NCBI GenBank assembly: GCA_964601555.1
Contig: CAZRNX010000001.1
Span: 1-24,456 of the forward strand
Length of the DNA stretch: 24,456 bases
Direction of reading: 5' to 3'
Origin: an uncultured Candidatus Saccharibacteria bacterium
Lineage (GTDB): Bacteria > Patescibacteriota > Minisyncoccia > Phycocordibacterales > CAIJYI01
In this document: positions 16,600 to 22,355 of the stretch, piece by piece
How the letters are laid out: each line of letters opens with the position of its first letter
Numbering within the stretch: position 1 is the first letter of the stretch
The notes under the pieces: generated by a model
Database searches by the model: none
What the model was told of the DNA's origin: nothing
Seen by the model: the letters and a program-made list of their open reading frames with translations, nothing else
Made by a program: the position numbers and the translations under genes

Positions 16600-16682
16600 A
16601 GAAGTGAAAAGTTACTTATTAAGTGGCACCCTCCTGCCCCTAGGCATTAATTATGACCGAAATACTTTTGGAGTGCAAAGAG

Positions 16683-16778
16683 AAACCCCGTTCCGTGTGG
16701 CTCGGGGTTTTGTCACTACCGTTCTAGCGGTAGCGACTGTTGCCGTGAGGGAAGAGGAGTTATATCCTCACTCACGAC
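16683..16778 (-). ncRNA. Candidate structured RNA or 5' leader with three consecutive hairpins
   Basis: Stems at 16742-16778, 16712-16737 and 16683-16710. Two mismatches are G-U wobbles only on the minus strand. TTGCAT-N17-TATAGA promoter-like motif at 16787-16815. Confidence 0.45.
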
Positions 16779-16827
16779 TTGTGTTATCTATAGCATACTC
16801 GTATGAAAAATGCAAGAAGAATCTATA

Positions 16828-16920
16828 TTGACTTCACATAAATAATAATGTATATTATATCTGGGTGTTCTAGCACCCCCAGGAGGCCTATCCCGGCCTC
16901 CTGGTGTCAGAAGAGGAGGT
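16828..16920 (+). promoter_or_regulatory. Promoter and structured leader of the small lipoprotein gene
   Basis: TTGACT-N17-TATATT (16828-16856); hairpins GGGTG/CACCC and a perfect 10-bp CCAGGAGGCC/GGCCTCCTGG (16879-16904); SD AGGAGGT at 16914-16920. Confidence 0.6.
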
Positions 16921-16925
16921 ATAAT

Positions 16926-17096
16926 ATGGAGAAAGTGAGACTTGCGGCGTTTGCGGTACTCGCCGCTATGTTAGTCGCCTGTGCGGGGCCTACGCCACCG
17001 CCGGTCACAATTGACGCCATGCGAGCTATGGGTGAAGTACGTAAAGACGCTGGCGCCACAATCTATTTCTTTGTTCTCGAAAAGAACTGGGAGTAG
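16926..17096 (+). CDS. Small putative lipoprotein (56 aa)
   Basis: MEKVR, then a hydrophobic stretch and lipobox LVA-C, then a Pro-rich linker. Strong SD, own promoter and terminator. Confidence 0.7.
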   Translation: MEKVRLAAFAVLAAMLVACAGPTPPPVTIDAMRAMGEVRKDAGATIYFFVLEKNWE

Positions 17097-17128
17097 GTTG
17101 AGACTACGTACGAAAACGACGCAACCTT

Positions 17129-17160
17129 GGGCCTGCCTGTTCGGAGGCCCTTTTTATTTC
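17129..17160 (+). terminator. Intrinsic terminator after the lipoprotein gene
   Basis: GGGCCT/AGGCCC stem followed by TTTTTATTTC. Confidence 0.65.
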
Positions 17161-17164
17161 TGTT

Positions 17165-17770
17165 TTATTTCCCGGCTTTCAACGCCGCTGCAAGTTTGGG
17201 GTGGAAGATGTCATCCACAAGACCATATCTCTTCGCTTCATCGGCACTCATGTAGCGGTCTCGGTCGGAATCTCTCTCTATTTGTTCTTGTGACTTTCCG
17301 GTATTTTTCGCGAGGATTTTGTTGAGGTTTTCTTTTGTTTTTAAAATATGCCGTGCGTTGATTTCAATATCAGACGCCTGTCCTTCCACGCCGCCCATCA
17401 CTTGGTGGATCATGACCTCGGCGTTCGGGAGCGCATACCGTTTGCCGCGTTTCCCGGAAGAGAGAATGATCGCACCCATTGACGCTGCGATACCAACACA
17501 GATAGTAGAAACATCAGGTTTGATATGCTCCATCGTGTCGTAGATTGCCAGCCCCGCCGTAACGGACCCGCCGGGAGAATTCACATAGAGCATGATGTCC
17601 TTCTTCGGATCTTCGGCTTCCAGAAAAAGCAGCTGCGCCACTATTAAGTTAGCCATATGGTCGTCTATGGCACCCGCAAGGAATACTATCCGCTCGCGCA
17701 GAAGCCGCGAATAAATGTCATACGCCCGTTCGCCGAACTGTGACTTCTCTATAACGGTTGGAATAAGCAT
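17165..17770 (-). CDS. clpP: ATP-dependent Clp protease proteolytic subunit
   Basis: [31 protein letters not shown] (catalytic Ser), MIHQ (His), [10 protein letters not shown]. Confidence 0.97.
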   Translation of the reverse strand: MLIPTVIEKSQFGERAYDIYSRLLRERIVFLAGAIDDHMANLIVAQLLFLEAEDPKKDIMLYVNSPGGSVTAGLAIYDTMEHIKPDVSTICVGIAASMGAIILSSGKRGKRYALPNAEVMIHQVMGGVEGQASDIEINARHILKTKENLNKILAKNTGKSQEQIERDSDRDRYMSADEAKRYGLVDDIFHPKLAAALKAGK

Positions 17771-17787
17771 CTTAGTTTTTTTTATTG

Positions 17788-18024
17788 TTAATGTCGGAGC
17801 TTCACCTGGCGGATTTCGTACTCTAAGCGCGAAATGCGCGCAAGGACATCGTGCTCTTCGGACTTCTCAATCTGCTTCAACCGCTCAGCGGTGGTATCCC
17901 TGAATTCAACGAACTCTTCCTGAAGCCGCGCCAGATCGCCCGAAAGCTTCTCAAGTCCCTTGTCTTCAGCGATTCGCGACACTGCGCTGTCCACGTATGC
18001 TTTGATAGAGTCATTCAGTTCCAT
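17788..18024 (-). CDS. Small coiled-coil hypothetical protein (78 aa)
   Basis: Heptad-like Leu/charged pattern; lies between tig and clpP, co-oriented; TATTAT motif 6 nt before the ATG. Confidence 0.7.
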   Translation of the reverse strand: MELNDSIKAYVDSAVSRIAEDKGLEKLSGDLARLQEEFVEFRDTTAERLKQIEKSEEHDVLARISRLEYEIRQVKLRH

Positions 18025-18038
18025 GGTTTTATAATACT

Positions 18039-18116
18039 CTGATTCGTGAAATAAGTAAAATTTTCAACGTCTGGGCACTCCGAGGACTTGGAAATTTTAC
18101 TTATTTCACGAATCAG
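18039..18116 (-). repeat. 78-bp palindromic element overlapping the tig stop codon
   Basis: 29-bp inverted repeat with one mismatch (18039-18067 and 18088-18116) around a 20-nt spacer that matches the carA spacer at 19/20 on the minus strand. Confidence 0.95.
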
Positions 18117-19114
18117 GTTTCCAAAAACTCCATCACCTTCTCATTTATAAAGATAGATTCCACATAAGCTCTTGTGCGTTCCGGATCGGCGTCTCCATAA
18201 TGCCTAAGAAGATGCGCCACTTCTTTCTCCACCGCTTCTCTTTCTGGCGTAATATTTTTCTCTTGCGCAATATGTTTCAATACGAAGTTAGTCTTCACAC
18301 GCTTCTCTGCATCCGGAAACCACTCCTTGCGAATTTCTTCTTCACTTTTCTTCGCATGCTTCAAGTATTCGTCAAATGTTACGCCCATCGCCGCCACGTC
18401 AGCCTTGAACTGTTCCAGCATGGTTCGAAGTTCGCTCTCCGTGAGTATATCTGGGATCTCGCCCTTTGTTTCGGCAACGATTGCATCAAGAATTTCCGCG
18501 CGCTTCTTCGACCTGGCGCGATGCTCCTTCTCTTTCAAAAGATTCTCTCTTACTTTTATTCTCAGATCGTCAACAGTTTTAAAATCACCGACAGACTGTG
18601 CGAAGGCATCATTAAGCACCGGCAACTCTTTGTCCTCCTGCCCTCCTGTTTTTACCGCTCGCAACTCCCGCAATTTCTCGATAGCCTTTTCAACTTCTTC
18701 GTCCGAAACGCTCGCGACATCTTTCTTAGTCCGCTTTTCTTTTGTTTTTTTCTCGTAATCGGGAAGAGTAATTTTCGGGTAGGTGGCCGTGCGAATCTTA
18801 AAGCCGAGCGGGTTTCCCCGCGCAAGTTTGGTAAGCGATATGTGCGGCCGGCCAATCGCTTCTATTTTCTCTTCCGCAAGAATTTTCGGGTAATACTCGG
18901 CGAGAGCAAGCTCCGCCATCTTCTCTAACACGCCCGTTTCACCGACTTGCGCGGTGATAATATTTTCCGGGATATGTCCCTTGCGGAAGCCATCTATCGT
19001 GAGCGTATCTCCGAGCTTCTTCACGGCATGACTGCGAAATGCCTCAAAAATATCCGCGGGTATCTCGTCCGTGATCTCAACCTCGGATTTTGGCAACTTC
19101 TTTAATTCCGTCAT
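18113..19114 (-). CDS. tig: Trigger factor, short form (333 aa)
   Basis: Ribosome-binding signature IDGFRKGHIP, C-domain LNDAFAQSVGDFKTVDDLR...AEKRVKTNFVL. Start set to the ATG at 19114, 7 nt after a TTGACT-N17-TATGCT promoter. Confidence 0.92.
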   Translation of the reverse strand: MTELKKLPKSEVEITDEIPADIFEAFRSHAVKKLGDTLTIDGFRKGHIPENIITAQVGETGVLEKMAELALAEYYPKILAEEKIEAIGRPHISLTKLARGNPLGFKIRTATYPKITLPDYEKKTKEKRTKKDVASVSDEEVEKAIEKLRELRAVKTGGQEDKELPVLNDAFAQSVGDFKTVDDLRIKVRENLLKEKEHRARSKKRAEILDAIVAETKGEIPDILTESELRTMLEQFKADVAAMGVTFDEYLKHAKKSEEEIRKEWFPDAEKRVKTNFVLKHIAQEKNITPEREAVEKEVAHLLRHYGDADPERTRAYVESIFINEKVMEFLET

Positions 19115-19155
19115 AGCTAGAAGCATAGCGGGGGAGTAGAGAAAAGTCAAAAAAC

Positions 19156-19203
19156 AATCAAAAGTTAAACCTCGCTGGTACCAGCGAGGTTTAACTTTTG
19201 ATT
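19156..19203. terminator. 48-bp perfect palindrome, probable terminator upstream of the tig promoter
   Basis: AATCAAAAGTTAAACCTCGCTGGT followed directly by its exact reverse complement; U-rich run on the minus strand. Confidence 0.65.
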
Positions 19204-19219
19204 AACTCACGGCTCGGGA

Positions 19220-19576
19220 TTATAAGTTTTGCAGCTCGCCGTCCATTTCATTGAAGTTCGTGGCGTTTAAGTCAGCCTCTATATCAGCCGTCTCATCCGA
19301 GGTACCCTGTTGAGAGAGAGCCGCAGTTGCCGCGTCTGCATCCGCTGCAGGCATCATTTCACCGCCCTCTATCATCGGGCCGTCTTCCAGCATTCTATCT
19401 ATCTGTTCTTCTTGCATCTTGTTATTCCAGAGGTAGAGCCCGCCCAAGATGAGTACAACGATAATAATAACAGTGCCGATGAGAGCGCCTGACGACTTCT
19501 CATCTTCGTCCGACATCGGAGCGCCCATCTGCGGCAGAGGAGACGTGTTGGAGCTTGGATTTTGTTGCATGTCCAT
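19220..19576 (-). CDS. Hypothetical single-pass membrane protein with an acidic C-terminus
   Basis: GALIGTVIIIVVLILGGLYLW helix; acidic tail (SDETADIEADLNAT). Confidence 0.85.
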   Translation of the reverse strand: MDMQQNPSSNTSPLPQMGAPMSDEDEKSSGALIGTVIIIVVLILGGLYLWNNKMQEEQIDRMLEDGPMIEGGEMMPAADADAATAALSQQGTSDETADIEADLNATNFNEMDGELQNL

Positions 19577-19607
19577 AATTTTATGAATTTAATTTAATAA
19601 ATAAAAT

Positions 19608-20234
19608 TTATTGGGCTGGTGTTGTTGTGGCCTTCTTCGCCGTATTCTTCCCCTTTTTGATCTCCGTAATAGTGACGACAAGCGCCTTGTGGGCAGCTTT
19701 CATCGCTTCTATCGCTTTGCCTATTGATTCGCGCGCCTGCTTCAAACTGCTCGCCACGGGGTTTGGCGTACTCGTCCCCATGTTGGCGGGGAGCGCCGCA
19801 AGAATACCCTCAACGACTGTTTTTGCATTGGCAACGGCAGACTTCGCGGCGTCAATCTTTGTCTTTGCGTCCGCGAGCGAGGTTTTCGCTTTGGAGACAT
19901 CCACTCCTTCCGACTCAAGTTTTGTAATGCGCGACTCGATCCTTCCTGCGAGCTTCACCAAGCGCCCAATTCCCGCGTCGAGCCTGTGTAGAACTCTCCT
20001 AAAATGATTGCGGATAATATCTTCTCTTCGCTCCATCCGCATTTCCTTCATCTCTCCTCGTTTCTCCTCCATTTTCTCCTTCATCTCCCCGCGCATTTCC
20101 TTCATCTCGGCGCGTTTGTCCTGCATTTTGCCCCGCATTTCTCCGCGGGTGCTCGTACTCGTCTCTGCGGTTGCAACAGCTCCCGACAGAAGCAATCCCG
20201 CACCAAGTATACTTGCGACAATGATTTTCTTCAT
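19608..20234 (-). CDS. Secreted coiled-coil protein with E/M/K/R repeats
   Basis: Signal peptide MKKIIVASILGAGLLLSGAVATA; repeats such as KRAEMKEMRGEMKE/KRGEMKEMR; long Ala/Lys-rich helices. Confidence 0.88.
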   Translation of the reverse strand: MKKIIVASILGAGLLLSGAVATAETSTSTRGEMRGKMQDKRAEMKEMRGEMKEKMEEKRGEMKEMRMERREDIIRNHFRRVLHRLDAGIGRLVKLAGRIESRITKLESEGVDVSKAKTSLADAKTKIDAAKSAVANAKTVVEGILAALPANMGTSTPNPVASSLKQARESIGKAIEAMKAAHKALVVTITEIKKGKNTAKKATTTPAQ

Positions 20235-20363
20235 ACTTTTTATATTAAAACTAATAAATAATTCGCATAAAATACAAGATACAACAAGAATATTCTAGCA
20301 TGAGTGGAATACCCCCGCTATCAGCATATGTTGATAACAGAATACCCCGTATTGACGATTGCG

Positions 20364-20948
20364 TCATTCAAACTTCGGCGCGTAATCTTTCCGATACCTT
20401 TCCGCGCACTCTTTGATGACCCTTAAAGCCTCCTCCGGCCCGTGAAATGTTTCTACCACCCCGGTTCCGGGCTTCTTGAGCGCTTTGTAGTTTTCCCAAT
20501 AATATTTTGTCTCTTTCTGCCAGTATTCTCCCAAATCTTCAAACGTCTTAATATGGTCTGTTCTCTTATCGTCATTCAGAACAGCGATAATTTTGTCGTC
20601 CACTTCGCCGCCGTCAACGAATTTCATTACGCCGACAACACGCGCCTCGACAAGTGATCCCGGCACGAGCGGCTCGGTAATATTTACGATCTCCACATCA
20701 AGCGGATCGCCGTCTTGATCCCATGTAAGTGGAATCGCGCCGTATGTAAATGGGTATGCGAGCGACGAGTAGCCGACGCGGTCGAGCTTCAACTGTCCGC
20801 TTTCGGTAATGATCTCGTATTTATTGATGTTTCCAGCCGAGACTTCAACGATCGCATTCACTACCCCCCTTGCTTCATCGGTAAAGGGGGGCAAAGCATG
20901 CAAAAGATTCAACATGTACTTCGACGGCTTGTGGTCTATGTGCGCCAT
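20364..20948 (-). CDS. ppa: Inorganic pyrophosphatase (family I)
   Basis: NKYE, LKLDR, YPFTYGAIP, DGDPLDV, DGGEVDDKIIAV, YWENYKALK. Confidence 0.93.
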   Translation of the reverse strand: MAHIDHKPSKYMLNLLHALPPFTDEARGVVNAIVEVSAGNINKYEIITESGQLKLDRVGYSSLAYPFTYGAIPLTWDQDGDPLDVEIVNITEPLVPGSLVEARVVGVMKFVDGGEVDDKIIAVLNDDKRTDHIKTFEDLGEYWQKETKYYWENYKALKKPGTGVVETFHGPEEALRVIKECAERYRKDYAPKFE

Positions 20949-20973
20949 AAATTATTTAAGTGAGGCGAATAAT

Positions 20974-22200
20974 TTATTCTGCAGTCTTAGTTTCCTCTGT
21001 TTTTTCTTCAATCGTTTCAGTTTGCTCTTGCTTGCTTTCTTCCAATGCCGCCTTTTCTTCTTCTGACGGACCCGTTCCGTGAATGTCAATTTTCCACCCG
21101 GTGAGCTTCGCGGCCAGACGAGCGTTCTGGCCGCCCTTGCCGATTGCAAGCGAGAGCTCCGGCTCTGCAACGGTTACATCTGCGCGATGCTCCTCCTCGT
21201 TTAATTTCACGGACAAAATTTTTGCGGGAGAGAGCGCGTCGGCGATGAATTTCTCCGGCTCGCTTGACCACTCGATGAGATCTATTTTCTCGCCGCCAAG
21301 TTCGCTCATGACGGTAGAAACTCTCACGCCGCGCTGGCCCACACACGACCCCACGGGATCGATGTGAAGATCGTTGGAATGTACCGCGATTTTTGATCGG
21401 CTGCCGGGCTCTCTTGCGATCTGCTTCAATTCCACAGTACCACTCGCAACTTCCGGTGCCTCGATTTTAAAGAGCTCTTCCAGGAATTTTGGATGGGTTC
21501 GGGAAAGCCGCAAGTTGATGCCGCGGGGCGTTTCCTCAACACGAAAAAGGTACGCACGGATTCGTTCCCCGGGGCGGTATCGTTCGCGCGGGGTCTGTTC
21601 TTCAAACGGCAGGATGGCGGTTGTTTTGCCGAGGTCAACGAAAATATTGCCGCGCTCAATTCTTTGCACCGTACCCGAAACAATCTCGCCCTCTTTTCTG
21701 CCGAATTCTTCAAGGGTGGTCACTTTTTCCGCTTCGCGGAGTTTTTGTATTATCACCTGCTTTGCGGTCTGCGCCGCAATGCGCCCATAATCTTCTTTCA
21801 ATTCGAGCGGAAAGACGATTTCGTCCTCAAGCTCCGCGTCTTTTTTGATCATCCTCGCGTCTTCAATGAGAATATGATGCTCGGAGTTGTAGCGCGTTCG
21901 CATATCTTCTTCATCTCCCGAAGTCTCGGCGGACGGGGATGGATCTCCCCCTTCGTCTTCCGTCTCTTTCGGAACGCGCACGACGCTTTCATCAACAACA
22001 ACTTTCACCTGCGAGAATTCCGTCGCGCCTGTGTCGAAATCAAAACGCGCTCGGACGATCTGCCCCTTTTTCCCGTACTCTTTTTTATACGCGGCGGCAA
22101 GCGCCATCTCAATGGCTTCCAAGATCTTTTCTTTCGAGATGCCCTTCTCCTGCTCCATCTGCTCGAGCGCCGAGCGAAGCGTTTTCAGATCAAATCGCAT
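20974..22200 (-). CDS. nusA: Transcription termination/antitermination factor NusA
   Basis: EKGISKEKILEAIE, YGRIAAQTAKQVIIQKLREAE, LSRTHP, IAREPGSRSKIAV, CVGQRGVRV, AIGKGGQNARLAAKLTGWKIDI. Confidence 0.97.
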   Translation of the reverse strand: MRFDLKTLRSALEQMEQEKGISKEKILEAIEMALAAAYKKEYGKKGQIVRARFDFDTGATEFSQVKVVVDESVVRVPKETEDEGGDPSPSAETSGDEEDMRTRYNSEHHILIEDARMIKKDAELEDEIVFPLELKEDYGRIAAQTAKQVIIQKLREAEKVTTLEEFGRKEGEIVSGTVQRIERGNIFVDLGKTTAILPFEEQTPRERYRPGERIRAYLFRVEETPRGINLRLSRTHPKFLEELFKIEAPEVASGTVELKQIAREPGSRSKIAVHSNDLHIDPVGSCVGQRGVRVSTVMSELGGEKIDLIEWSSEPEKFIADALSPAKILSVKLNEEEHRADVTVAEPELSLAIGKGGQNARLAAKLTGWKIDIHGTGPSEEEKAALEESKQEQTETIEEKTEETKTAE

Positions 22201-22228
22201 GAGTTTATAAGTAAATTGTTAATTTTTT

Positions 22229-22297
22229 AAAAAATAAAGTCCGTCCCTCGACGGCCTTCACACTTTCTATCTTACTCCCACGCAAAACAACTGTCAA
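22229..22297 (-). promoter_or_regulatory. nusA promoter with a leader hairpin and U-tract (candidate attenuator)
   Basis: TTGACA-N17-TAAGAT (22269-22297); hairpin AAG-G-CCGTC gagg GACGG-A-CTT (22237-22258) followed by TATTTTTT. Confidence 0.6.
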
Positions 22298-22355
22298 CAA
22301 CCAGCATTTGGAGACTTTTTTTGCTCCAAAACAAACTACAGGCTATACTGTCTCC

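Noticed and set aside
16620-16790. Intergenic hairpins as tRNA, tmRNA, SRP, RNase P or a known riboswitch
   Set aside because: No acceptor stem, T-loop or CCA, and none of the diagnostic conserved motifs were found; kept only as an unknown RNA candidate.
20030-20140. Short degenerate repeats in the coiled-coil gene as a possible CRISPR or VNTR
   Set aside because: They are in-frame coding repeats (EMKEMR) with no unique spacers and no cas genes.
21890-21990. Acidic insertion in the NusA N-terminal domain
   Set aside because: The DNA has only a 5-bp stem (GGGGA/TCCCC); it looks like an ordinary variable acidic loop rather than a palindromic element.
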